The notes under the pieces: generated by a model
Seen by the model: the letters and a program-made list of their open reading frames with translations, nothing else
Told to the model about the DNA's origin: nothing
Databases searched by the model: none
Assembly: GCA_951406725.2 (NCBI GenBank)
Contig: OX597838.1
Coordinates: 3,224,001-3,288,000, forward strand
Reading direction: 5' to 3'
DNA: 64,000 bases
Source: Octopus vulgaris
Lineage: Eukaryota
Program-made: the position numbers and the translations under genes
Shown here: one piece after another, positions 48,501 through 58,005 of the stretch
How the letters are laid out: each line of letters begins with the position of its first letter
Position numbering within the stretch: position 1 is the stretch's first letter

Positions 48501-50614
48501 TACCTCTATACAGCCAAGTGTACTGGGCCCTCTAGACTATTGTGTGTTTGGACACTGTAAGAATAAGAACTGCCATCATTTAGGCCAGTTGGCTAACGAC
48601 TTAGTTGATTATGGGCGTGGTGGTGGTGTTCATCCTTAATGTCAGCTGCAGCTACAGGCAGTCTGTATGTTACGAAAATAAATTTTATCTAATTTGAAAT
48701 TTCATTTTCCCTCTTTTGCTAGATTTGCCATCCCCATCGAAGGCAGATAGTCTGCGTGCTGTTGCTAAACCCTTTGGTCGTGGCACAGGTGAGTACTGCA
48801 ATGGGTGGGTGTCACTGGTCTTTGATGTTGTGTTACTACTGTTGCTTAACCAATCATACTGCATGGTACATGTGACAGTATGGTACATGTGACAGTATGG
48901 TTCATGTGACAGCACGGGACATGTGACAGCATGGGACATGTGACAGCATGGTTCATGTGCCAGCATGGTTCATGTAACAGCATGGGACATGTGACAATAT
49001 GGGATATGTGACAGCATGGGATGTGTGACAATATGGGACATGTGACAGCATGGTTCATGTGACAATATGGGACATGTGACAGCATGGTTCATGTGACAGT
49101 ATGGTACATATAACAGCATGGTACATGTGACAGTATGGTTCATGTGACAGTATGGTTCATGTGACAGCATGGTTCATGTGACAGCATCGGACATGTGACA
49201 GCATGGTTCATGTAACAGCATGGGACATGTGACAATATGGGATATGTGACAGCATGGGATGTGTGACAATATGGGACATGTGACAGCATGGTTCATGTGA
49301 CAATATGGGACATGTGACAGCATGGTTCATGTGACAGTATGGTACATATAACAGCATGGTACATGTGACAGTATGGTACATATAACAGCATGGTACATGT
49401 GACAGTATGGTACATATAACAGCATGGTACATGTGACAGTATGGTTCATGTGACAGCATGGTACATGTGGCTGCGTTGATCTGTTTATTATGTGTGTGGG
49501 TGGGTATATATGTTTATATGCACATGTATGTAAGCATAGAGATATGAAAATAAACAGATCAACATACAGATGGATAGGTATTGATTAGCATGCAAGTGGC
49601 TGAGCACTCCACAGACACGTGCACCCTTAACATAGTACTCAGGGAGATTCAGCGTGACGCAGAGTGTGACAAGTCTGGCCCTTTGAAATACAGGTACAAC
49701 AGAAACAGGAAGAAAGAGTGAGAGAAAGTTGTGGTAAAAGAGTACAGCAGGGTTCACCCCCCCACACACACAATATATATATATACACATACAATATATG
49801 TATGCATACATACAATATATAGATAGATACATACATGCAAACACAACAGGCTTCTTTCTGTTTCCATGTACCAGATGTAATAACAAGGCTTTGGTTGGCC
49901 CACAGTTATAGTAGAAGACCATTTCCCAAGGTGCCATACAATGAGACTGAACCCATAGCCATATGTTTAGTAAGCAAACTTCTTACCACACAGCCATACC
50001 AGTGCAAATTTTTAAAATGCTGGATCTGGCCCCCTTTTAAGATGGTAGTTAACGCCCTATATTTCAGTGCAGCTTTCCAACCCAAACAATTTGCCACCAC
50101 TGGCTCAAATGTGTCCCCCTACCCTTAAAGATAAACTATAAATGTTCGTGATCTGAGAATTGCTATAATCTTATTGATGATGTTGTTGTGAATTTTTTAC
50201 TTGACAGGAGCCATTGGTGATGTGGATGGAGATAATCAACCGGATTATATAAGCTTGACCAATCTGGCTATAGAGGTTCCGGATTCAAAACCTGGCTGCC
50301 CAATCTTCTGGCAGAATATGACCCTGTACAAGAAGACACTGATGCCATCCAGTCACTCCAGAAAGTCGGTACCCATTAAGATGTTTACATCACTGGTGAA
50401 TGAGGCGCAAGGGGGCGAACAGCATGAAAAGGGCCTTGAATCAACGCACTTTGTACCCCAACGGGAACAAGTATGGAACGAGTATTTAGGTAGTAAACAG
50501 ACTGGCATCTACCGTCGCCAACATCTGAGTGACGGAGGAAACACAATGTCGAGACGTAGCAGAGTTTTGTATTATTTAGTTGTTCTCTTTACATTATTGG
50601 TTGTTCTGCTTTGA
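21216..50614 (+). CDS. FAM234 (FAM234A/ITFG3, FAM234B)-like type II membrane protein with FG-GAP-like beta-propeller. join(21216-21231,29486-29854,31117-31269,32460-32651,34290-34432,35145-35319,36265-36355,37510-37674,39069-39162,40734-40925,45115-45145,46744-46902,48723-48788,50208-50614), about 750 aa
   Basis: Spliced by hand: every intron is GT..AG with matching phase, total 2253 nt with no internal stop. Cytosolic N-tail with YSRL and an acidic cluster, one TM helix (AAIVLFVILVITIFVVAILHY), repeated DxD/NxDG loops (DMDNDGQLD, DANQDGKHD, DVDHDNVDD, YFNDDAYLD, DVDGDNQPD) and G.DG..LW blade motifs. Family assignment is from recalled architecture, not a database search. Confidence 0.85.
23315..23960 (-). 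mobile_element. Hero/R2-like non-LTR retrotransposon 3' fragment (restriction-like endonuclease)
   Basis: KPDIFMW...LMIPHEDN...RKFDRY..L...GW...IEVGCRGF...KASHWIWLKR matches the PD-(D/E)xK RLE pattern of Hero-clade elements. Confidence 0.85.
27729..27794 (-). pseudogene. tRNA-Glu(TTC)-derived pseudogene
   Basis: Reverse complement ggtccagtggttaggatacctgacTTTCAcccaggcagtctgggttcgattcccagcatgggga. D, anticodon and T arms are recognisable; the 5' acceptor strand is lost. Confidence 0.7.
29486..29854 (+). CDS. FAM234-like exon 2 (cytosolic tail, TM helix, start of lumenal domain)
   Basis: tttttgtctttccag|TAAAG...AACAATG|gtaagg; KNRDNVVYSRLQQNISDDDDSED...CCRITKRAAIVLFVILVITIFVVAILHY...EWNLSFGNN. 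Confidence 0.9.
29940..30510. repeat. Minisatellite, about 44-46 bp compound unit (tgtgtcacagtttatggtgatacat / cagtcattgtgttt)
   Basis: Direct inspection; intron 2. Confidence 0.9.
31117..31269 (+). CDS. FAM234-like exon 3
   Basis: ttattttaaccag|TCAGT...GATACAG|gtgaga; VSDSCIRLLDMDNDGQLDILLSLAAPDYYHHYHSSMDTDNQQPVNEFCNDT. This frame is not in the ORF track. Confidence 0.9.
31809..32061 (-). mobile_element. Penelope-like element (Naiad-type) reverse transcriptase fragment
   Basis: IMHIRKTLLF...W.K...SFDMAMGTFDSADIRDLVGLSIL...FGLYRDETL matches the FDVTMGSYDGAEVCELVGL..GLYRDDGL pattern. Confidence 0.8.
32460..32651 (+). CDS. FAM234-like exon 4
   Basis: ttttgtcag|GACTC...CGTAAAG|gtaagt; GLSYPPTGQLLAIRGCDGKQLWKH...CDQLDANQDGKHDCLISGYDATLQAIDPRK. 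Confidence 0.92.
33830..34190 (-). mobile_element. Penelope-like element RT thumb fragment
   Basis: DLESGAYRSFRKPNEKLFYINTGSCHPAIVFRNLVKDISKRISSL. Shares about 55 nt with the fragment at 31809. Confidence 0.75.
34290..34432 (+). CDS. FAM234-like exon 5
   Basis: gttgtgaag|GTCTT...AGACAA|gtaagt; GLVIWSANSTYLIDHWNIYQALVVPDVDHDNVDDVLILHAGCCYYGRQ. Confidence 0.92.
35145..35319 (+). CDS. FAM234-like exon 6
   Basis: ctttcttattgcag|CCCCCT...TCATCAG|gtaagt; PPDITGRFLLFSGATGQAVGTFVD...TVLFTSGQLSSS. Confidence 0.92.
35465..36222 (+). mobile_element. RTE-clade LINE 3' fragment (ORF end, repeat-containing 3' UTR, (GAT)n tail); truncated copies at 29100-29330, 37795-38050, 40015-40228, 41350-41893, 43418-43779, 45210-45500, 54550-54850, 62070-62312
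   Basis: GRGRPRKTWDEVVKHDL*TLGFTEAMTSD*DLWKYAV, then ggcacgtaaaagcacc units, ggaagggcatccagc and (GAT)n. Confidence 0.82.
36265..36355 (+). CDS. FAM234-like exon 7
   Basis: cttacttccacag|GTCAA...TACGA|gtaagt; GQLYQIYWDVLKKQLLDPNVVTLSNAKAIY. Confidence 0.88.
37510..37674 (+). CDS. FAM234-like exon 8
   Basis: tgtttctgcag|GAGTC...TTCAG|gtgagt; ESQTKGIFVPPVIVDIQNNSVMDILVSAFDGTIALVDGQTFTPKWKINFTNYESF. Confidence 0.92.
39069..39162 (+). CDS. FAM234-like exon 9
   Basis: tttctctcag|TATTC...TCCATG|gtaagt; SIPAPGYFNDDAYLDFMLHLNFGTWPLYLYSM. Confidence 0.92.
39325..39615. repeat. (CTA)n trinucleotide array
   Basis: Direct inspection. Confidence 0.95.
40430..40703 (+). mobile_element. CR1-like LINE 3' end
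   Basis: FSLRVAEAWNKLPASVVSCRSTASFK..* then 3' UTR and (ATT)n. The tail also occurs at about 21613-21710(-). Confidence 0.8.
40734..40925 (+). CDS. FAM234-like exon 10
   Basis: cccgtctag|GTGATG...GATTCT|gtaagt; VMVISGKDGTVLWETASSFPSFTSDLTLQTVEHQRDVFVFK...ISTDS. Confidence 0.92.
41033..41322 (-). mobile_element. Non-autonomous Helitron H2, internally deleted
   Basis: Reverse complement of both termini of 19638-20037. Confidence 0.85.
41908..42072. mobile_element. hAT-Charlie-like MITE
   Basis: TIRs cagtggttcccaacc / ggttgggaaccactg; degenerate 8-bp flanks atctaatg / gtctaagt. Confidence 0.85.
42358..42603. repeat. 20-21 bp GC-rich minisatellite (agggagc[ga]agtgaccccca)n
   Basis: About 12 units, intron 10. 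Confidence 0.92.
44440..44979. mobile_element. hAT-like MITE with internal 21-bp tandem array
   Basis: TIRs cagtgccccacaacc / ggttgcggggcactg; (ggtgtgccacaaga[ct]gatgct[at])n at about 44473-44850. Confidence 0.85.
45115..45145 (+). CDS. FAM234-like exon 11 (31-nt microexon, VVEHRSDPDS)
   Basis: Long pyrimidine tract tctctctctcttttgtag|GTGGTT...TTCCA|gtaagt. Bridges phase 0 (exon 10) to phase 1 (exon 12). Confidence 0.75.
45822..46040. mobile_element. piggyBac-like MITE P1; copies at 25060-25261, 34571-34790, 58158-58378, 60750-61350
   Basis: TTAA|CCCTTTC...GAAAGGG|TTAA. Confidence 0.85.
46475..46693. mobile_element. piggyBac-like MITE P2; partial copies at about 23150-23310, 25345-25550, 33490-33625
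   Basis: TTAA|CCCTTT..TAAAGGG|TTAA. Confidence 0.8.
46744..46902 (+). CDS. FAM234-like exon 12
   Basis: atttattttag|CCTAT...TATTCCT|gtgaga; TYLPQNHPGFFPSPAGYFLICTLTSQSAITEEVFIMDRSNLDKPIQLAENKYS. Confidence 0.8.
48723..48788 (+). CDS. FAM234-like exon 13
   Basis: ccctcttttgctag|ATTTG...GGCACAG|gtgagt; YLPSPSKADSLRAVAKPFGRGT. Confidence 0.82.
48862..49470. repeat. 17-bp minisatellite (atgg[tg][ta]catgtgacag[ct])n with a 238-bp higher-order duplication
   Basis: The variant pattern starting near 48960 recurs 238 bp (14 units) later. Confidence 0.92.
50208..50614 (+). CDS. FAM234-like exon 14 (terminal: last FG-GAP-like loop and hydrophobic C-tail)
   Basis: ttttacttgacag|GAGCC; GAIGDVDGDNQPDYISL...WNEYLGSKQTGIY...SDGGNTMSRRSRVLYYLVVLFTLLVVLL*. 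Confidence 0.9.
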
Positions 50615-50778
50615 ATTTCAGGGAACTGGTAGGTGGGGTGGGGAGAATTTGAGATTTTTTTTTGCTTCCTTTTGTTTCTTTTTATTGTTATTGTTACATT
50701 TATTTTGCTTCTTGTCTTGTTTAGTTTTAAAAAAAACGCATTTTTTTTCCGTTTCCTGCAACTTTTCAGCATTTATCT

Positions 50779-50784
50779 AATAAA
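50779..50784 (+). terminator. Proximal polyadenylation signal AATAAA
   Basis: 165 nt after the stop codon, followed by a GT-rich tract. A further AATAAA is at 52146-52151. Confidence 0.45.
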
Positions 50785-50818
50785 TATGTGTGCATGTGTG
50801 TGTATATACATATTCATA

Positions 50819-50983
50819 GGCGCAGGAGTGGCGGTGTGGTAAGTAGCTTGCTTACCAACCACATGGTTCCAGGTTCAGTCCCACTGTGTGGCACTTTGGA
50901 CAAGGGTCTTCTACTATAGCCTCAGGCTGACCAAAGCCTTGTGAGTGGATTTGGTAGACAGAAACTGAAAGAAGCCCGTTTTA

Positions 50984-51038
<55 letters not shown>

Positions 51039-51248
51039 CTGTGTTTGTCCCCCCAACATCACATGACAACCGATGCTGGTGTGCTTACATCCCCGTAACT
51101 TAGCAGTTCAGCAAAAGGGACCGATAGAATAAGTACTAAGCTTACAAAGAATAAGTCCTGGGGTCGATTTGCTTGACTGAAGGTGGTGCTCTAGCATGGC
51201 CACAGTCAAATGACTGAAACAAGTAAAAGAGTAAAAGAGAGTAAAGAG
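50819..51248 (+). mobile_element. SINE family A, first arm of tail-to-tail pair
   Basis: Full-length copy about 200 nt after the stop codon. Confidence 0.9.
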
Positions 51249-51257
51249 TATATATTC

Positions 51258-51650
51258 CTTTATTCTTTTAGTCATTTGACTGTGGCCATGCTGGAGCATC
51301 ACCTTAAGGGGTTTTAGTTGAGCACATCGACCCCACAACTTATTCTTTGTAAGCCTAGCACTTATTCCATCAGTCTCTTTTGCCGAACCGCTAAGCTACA
51401 GGGACATAAACACACCAACATCGATCCTCAAATGATGGTGGGGAGACAAACACAGACACAAACACACAAATATTTATATTCATATAAGCCTGGGCTTCTT
51501 TCAGTTTCCATCTACCAAATCTACTCATAAGGCTTTGGTTGGCCTGAGGCTATAATAGCAGACACTTGCCCAAGGTGCCACACAGTGGGACTGAACCCGC
51601 AACCATGTTGTTGGGAAACAAGTTTCTTATCACACAGCCACTCCTGCACC
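51258..51650 (-). mobile_element. SINE family A, second arm of tail-to-tail pair
   Basis: More diverged reverse copy. Confidence 0.88.
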
Positions 51651-52150
51651 TTTATATATATAGATATATATATATATATATATATATAAACTTTTTAATC
51701 AGTCAGAATGTTATGTGAGTGACTCAAAGGCTGAATGTTTCTTACATATAAAAATGAAGCTTTTGGGTTATGTCTGTAACTGTTTCTGCTGATTAAAAAA
51801 AAATATGTACACACATGAATTGAGGGCTATTTTGTGTTCATTCCACCAAACCTATATATTTATATATATATATATATATATATACATACACACAAATATA
51901 TATATATATAAATATATATAGACACACACACATACACGATAGTATCGAACAGTGAGAATGAGTGCTCAATGCCACATTGGTGGGTAAATATTTGTTATTT
52001 GTAGATTAACAAGGCAACCAATGGTTTCATGCTAGAAAGAAAAAAAAGTTCTCCACAATTATTCAAGCAAACCAATTGGGAATTCTGTTACTCATCTCCT
52101 AAAATGTCAACGAGTGCCAACAGTTGGCTGTCTTATTAATCTACAAATAA

Positions 52151-52189
<39 letters not shown>

Positions 52190-52360
52190 ATTTGTATGTT
52201 GATTTTTTTCTCTCTTTTTTTTTTTTGTAAAACAAATATTTCCACATTTTTTTTTTTTGTTTTTCTTTTTCGGAGTTTATTTTATTTACTTTTATTTCTT
52301 CTTTTTTAAAACATTTTTCGTTAATGTTGACAATATATTTTTTATACAGTAACTTTTTAA

Positions 52361-52418
<58 letters not shown>

Positions 52419-55044
52419 AGGGAGAAATATCTTCAAATATTTCACCATTTATGCAACATGTCATCAAATTTTCTCAATCCTGGGCTCCTCTTTCTTTCTT
52501 TTTCTCTACCCCCTCCTCTTGCACCTTCTTCTACATCTTGTTCCTTAATTTCTTCATCCCCCCCCTCCTACATTACCCCCAACTCCTCTTCCGCAGTTAT
52601 TTTAACAGTGATTTTTTTTTTTTTCAGGAAACCATTTAATGCCTTCTTCTTCTTCTTCTTCTTCTTCTTGAGTTTATGATTTACTGTCCCCACCCCTCCA
52701 CCCCGTATCATACTACCAACATCAACACCACCGCTACCAACATCATCCCCACAACAGCTAGTTGTGAGGGAGGGAGGGAGTGAGGGGTGGAATGGGCAGA
52801 ACCTTCCCTGTGCACTGGAAACAAGCAAGGGACCAACAGCCAAATCTTGTGACCCTCATTTACATATTATTGCATCCCCTCCACCGCCACCTCCACCACA
52901 CTTGGCATGACAGTTCTTTGGGTTCGGGTCAAGAATGTGGATGATGGGTCAAGATTTGGACTGTTGTCCCCTCCTCTATAACCTCCTCCTCCCCCCACTC
53001 CAATCTCCATCACTTTATCAACTTGGCATGTAGTCGTTCCGCCTTTTGACCCCCCCCCCCCCCCCGTCATTTTCATCTTCATCATTCGTCATCGTGTTTC
53101 CTTTGACCTTTTGATGAATCTCTCTTTTTCCGTTCTCTGAAAATTCCCCCTTCCCCCTCACACATGCCACCACCACCCTTCCCACCCACCCCCACTTCCC
53201 ACCACCCCCACCATCATCATCATCATCATCCCCAAATCTAGGGTTTGTTCTTTGAATTTTCTGTGTAAATCTTTAGGGAAGAGATGGGTACTCCCATTCT
53301 CTCACAACCACCCCCCCTCCTCAATCTCAATAAACATATATGTATATACATACATACATATATATATATATACACGTGTGTGTGTATACAAGGAGGTGTT
53401 GAAAAGTTCCTCACTTTGGGTAAAAGAAAATACAAGAGGATCCATTTAATTATGATTTTATCCAACATATCCCCCTTTCAGATTCACGCACTTATTGCAG
53501 TGATCCTTCAGGTTTTCTAAGCCCCTTAGAGACAACTTTGCTCCCACCAGATTTCCCACATAATTTTCCATCCTTAAGGGTCACAATATATCTCTAATAG
53601 AATTAGAACTGTGTGTGTGTGTGTGTGAGAGAGAGAAGGGAGAATCTATGTAGCTATGTTTGAATATGTGTATATGCATGCATGCATGTGTGTGTGTGTG
53701 TGTGTGTGTGTCTGCTTGATTGCGTAATTGTGAGTGACAGAGATTTTGGCCAAGGAACAAAACTAAAACTCACCACTCATTTAATGCAACTAATTATAAT
53801 TAATCTCATTTGGATATCTTCATTATCATCATTGTTGTTGTTGTTATATGTATATAGCAGTTGTTAATGAGAAAATCTCAAGATATAATTAAAGTCTTTT
53901 GAAGAAATTCTTCGTTTCTTTTTCTTTTATTTTTGCGTTCTTCAATGTTTTGTCTTCTTTGATATTTTTCTTTTGTTTTGGTCATTAAACTGTGGCAATG
54001 CTGGGGCACTGCCTTGAAGAATTTTTTAGTCAAATGAATTGACCCCCCCCCCCCCCGCCGTACTTTTTTTCTTTATTTTGAAGCCTGATACTTATTTTAT
54101 TGGTCTCTTTTGCTGAACTGCTAAGTTTTTAGGATGTAAACACACCAGTACCAGTTGTCAAGTAACGGGGGTGGGAAAACAGACACACACACACACACAT
54201 GTATATATATACAAGCTTCTTTCAGTTTCCATCTACCTAATCCATTCACAAGGCTTTGGTCAGATCAGGGCTAGAGTAGCTGCCACGCAGTGGGACTGAA
54301 CCCAGAACCATGTGGCTGGAAGCAAGTTTCTTACCACGCACATACAATATATGTACACATATACACACAATAGGCTTCTTTCAGTTTCTGTTTTTCTCAA
54401 ACAGTGAAGATAGCAATTGCTACACTGTCAACCAAATCCACTCACAAGACTGGTCAGCCCAAGACTACAGTAAAATCAACTTGCCCAAGGTGCCACACAG
54501 TGGGATTGAACCCAAGACCATGTGATTGGGAAGCAAGTTTCTTACATATGCACCATGCCAGTGGCACATAAAAAGCACCATTTGAGCATGGTTGTTGCCA
54601 GTGCCGGCTGATGGGCTCCTCTGCCGGTGGCACATAAAAAGCTCCATTCAAGCGTGGTCGATGCCAGTGCCCAGTGGCACGTAAAAACCACCCACTACGC
54701 TCTTGGAGTGGTTGGCATTAGGAAGGGCATCCAGCTGTAGAAACCTTGCCAGATCAGATTGGAGCCTGGTGCAGCCTCCAGGCTTGCCAGTCCTTGGTTC
54801 GAACCGTCCAACCCATGCCAGCATGGAAAGTGGACATTAAACAATGATGATATATATATATATATGACGCCCTTCTTTCACTTTTTGTCAACCAAATCTA
54901 CTCACAAGGTTTTGGTTGGTCCAAGACTATAATAGAAACACTTGGCCAAAGTGTCACACAATGGGACTGAACTCGGAACCATGTGGTTGGGAAGCAAGCT
55001 TCTTACCACACAGCCATGTCTGCACCTACAATAATTTATTTTTG

Positions 55045-58005
55045 GTTGGAGGAAGTAATTTTTGAAATAAATAACCTACAACAGTAAGGGTTTAATTTCA
55101 CTCGAGGATTTACAGTACCTCTTTCCTGGAGAACCATAAGTGATCGGCAGCATGAATTTGCCCTCAGTGTAAGAGAACAACTTCACACTATACTTCAAGA
55201 GGATAATGTATATTATTCAATCGTTTTGGATGATTCAACGGTACTTTTTGGGTTATCTCACCCCCATTAAAATATTGGGTTATCCTCCACGTTTTATGAG
55301 AAATATCGGCACTTTTTGGTTATTTGCCTCAACTAAAAAAATTGTTTAACCCTTAATAAAACAACAACAGCAAAAGTGAAATGATGAAATCTCGAATTGG
55401 ATCTGATAATATTTTTATAACAAATCATGCAAAGATTAATAAACAAGAAAACGACATTTCTTCGTTTTTAATTCGACAAAACAGTAACAAGCTGTCGGTT
55501 GTTTCCGTGACAACTCGACAATTCACTTCGGATATCTTCGTGACCTCCGAAAATTTGCGGATTTTACATACACACATGAAGCAGGTAAGAACAAACATGC
55601 AAGGCCTTTTGCTGGCATAATTTCGTTATATCTATATTCCACAACACACAAATACATAAAAACAGAACACGGACACTGTCACGGAGGTCACGAAGATATC
55701 CGAAGTGAATTGTCGAGTTGACACGGAAACAACCGAAGTCTTGTTATGGTTTTGTCGAGTTAAAACGAAGGAACGCCTTATGAAAACTGAAAAAACAAAA
55801 ATTAATAAGCGTGAAAATTGAAATAATTAAACATTTTACTGAATCCGATAACATTTTTATAAGAAATCCTAGCATTCCTATTGAGGAGGCCAAACGTTAA
55901 CAAGGGTCTAACTCTTAATTCAATCTCTTGTCGCCACACAAACTCGATTTTTTAGGGGAGAGAGAACCCGGTTCTTTGAATGGCAAATTTTCAATGGTTG
56001 TGAGATAACCATAAAGTACGGATTCAATCGATACAAGTGATTCGGCGCAAGTTTTTTTTTATTTCATTCACGCCATAACTGAAGATTTTGTTTACTACAA
56101 AGAATTACTGGCTTCGGGCAATCTTCTGAATAGAACCGAGGAATAGATGTCTTCACAAACTTCCAAGATGTCAAGAAGTTCCATGACTGGAAAATGTAAA
56201 GGATTTATTGCCCAGATAAAAAGAAAAAGCCATATCAAATCCAGATGCTATCATTTCTTTTCATTGTATCAGCAAAATCTTTGTGCTAAATCAACCGTTT
56301 TAAGTGACATTCTGCAGCAAGTCGTAAATCTTGTTAATTATATTTGTGCCAATAATGCAACAAGGCATCGTCAGTTCCGTAACCTGCTGTTGTTGTTGTT
56401 GTTCCAATCAGGACTCACGCCATTAACCACAAAGAATAATCTCTAATTCGAGCCTACTCTAAGCTACTAAGAATGCGTGTGGCAACTTGAGGATCCACCC
56501 ACCACACGCAATTGCACGGGTGCGAAAGCTACGTTGTTATCCTCATTCCGTAAACGGTGGCTTTTAGCAGGTGGAGAGCTGAACCATCTCCAGAGGTACA
56601 GAGGATTCGCAATCTAGACGAGGGCCTGAAAGTTTACCACACCATAGTGGGATACACCATGGTTCCTCTGTTTTGTGGCAGAAGTAGGAAGAAAGAGTGA
56701 GAGAAAGTTGTGGTGAAAGAGTACAGCGGGGTTCACCACCCACCGCCGCCGGAGCCTCATGCAGCTTGAGTGTTTTTGCTCAATAAACACTCACAGTGCC
56801 CGGTCTGGGAATCGAAACCATGTTCTTACTACAGCGAATTCGCTGTCCCAACCACTGCTGTGGTAGGACGATGAAGAATTCAGTGTGGATTTGCGTTGAC
56901 TGTCGCAAGGACGGGTGTTACAAGTTTTTACTTTATGCAGGCAGATAATAAAATTTTACGAAGAACGAGTAGAACGACCGTGCGACGGAGGTGTGACTAG
57001 AATGGCCCCTTTGATACCTGGCAGAAGGGTCGATTAAAATAAACAGGAAAAGGATAAGTGCCAGAAGAAAAGGAGACGACAAAACCGGGAGAATGTGAAG
57101 AGAATATTAATGTGTGTGTCTAGCGGACTCTCTGATATTATATACACAAACGGAATGAACAATGTGAATTTTAGATGAATATTTCTATAGAAATACTGCA
57201 TTTCTTTGTGACATCCTGCGAAAGCCAAAGGACTTGAATATTTATTTGCAAGGTAAAGCAAAATCGGTTTACGACACGTGGCAAAAAAAATTCAAGCATT
57301 TCGGAAGAAATACGTTTCTTGAAGAAAGTTCTAAAATTTCAGATGAACCCTTTGTTCTTGGATAGCTTCGGTCATTCACGACCTCGAGAATTTGTATGAA
57401 TTCGTTGATGAACGAACATTCAGGTGTTCTGAATTTATTAATTGAAGAAGACAGGGAAAGGTCCGCTAACTTCGAGAAACAGGATATTCCACTCAAATTA
57501 GCATTTCTACAACATCTCGTTGATGTCTGAAAGGCCCTAGAAGTGTTACAGATGGAATTAATCGAGCTTTCAGAAGATGAAATTTTATAGTCGTTATTTA
57601 ATGCTGATAAAAAAGAAGATCCAGTTGAAGTATGGAAAATGCAGTAGAATTCCCACCACTTCGTCAACATACACGAAAAATGCTTTCCTGCTTATCTACG
57701 ACATATTCCTGCGAGTTTACATTTTCCTACCGAAACAAGACCAAGACTCGCTTATTGTCGCCAATTACGGATTCCCATCCAAAAGGTCAGCTGAAACTAC
57801 GAACATCGATGCTGCAACCCAAACATTGAAAGGCTTCCGCAAACAGCACCACCTTAATCATTGACAGGTAAGTTCTCTTCGTCATTTATTACCAAATATA
57901 TTCTGGGTTTTAAAAATAACAATGAAATGTTTTTTGTGGCGGCCTTGTTTAGATTACGATTAAACTTAATGCGGCCTCCCGACTTAAAAAGATTCCCCAC
58001 CTCTG
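55045..58005 (+). mobile_element. Decayed hAT (Charlie/Buster, GTF2IRD2-like) transposon with nested insertions
   Basis: Colinear peptides VPLSWRTISDR..YSIVLDDS|IDTSDSAQ..KELLA; YQQNLCAK..VVNLVNYI..RHRQFRNLL; LSQGRVL; AFLCDI..LNIYLQGK; LQMELIEL; LSTTYSCEFTFS. Terminal ..gattccccacctctg at 58005. Confidence 0.85.
55240..56020. mobile_element. Merlin-like palindromic MITE
   Basis: TIRs ggtactttttgggttatctca / tgagataaccataaagtacg; 8-bp TSD gattcaac / gattcaat; internal inverted repeat of about 90 bp. Confidence 0.75.
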
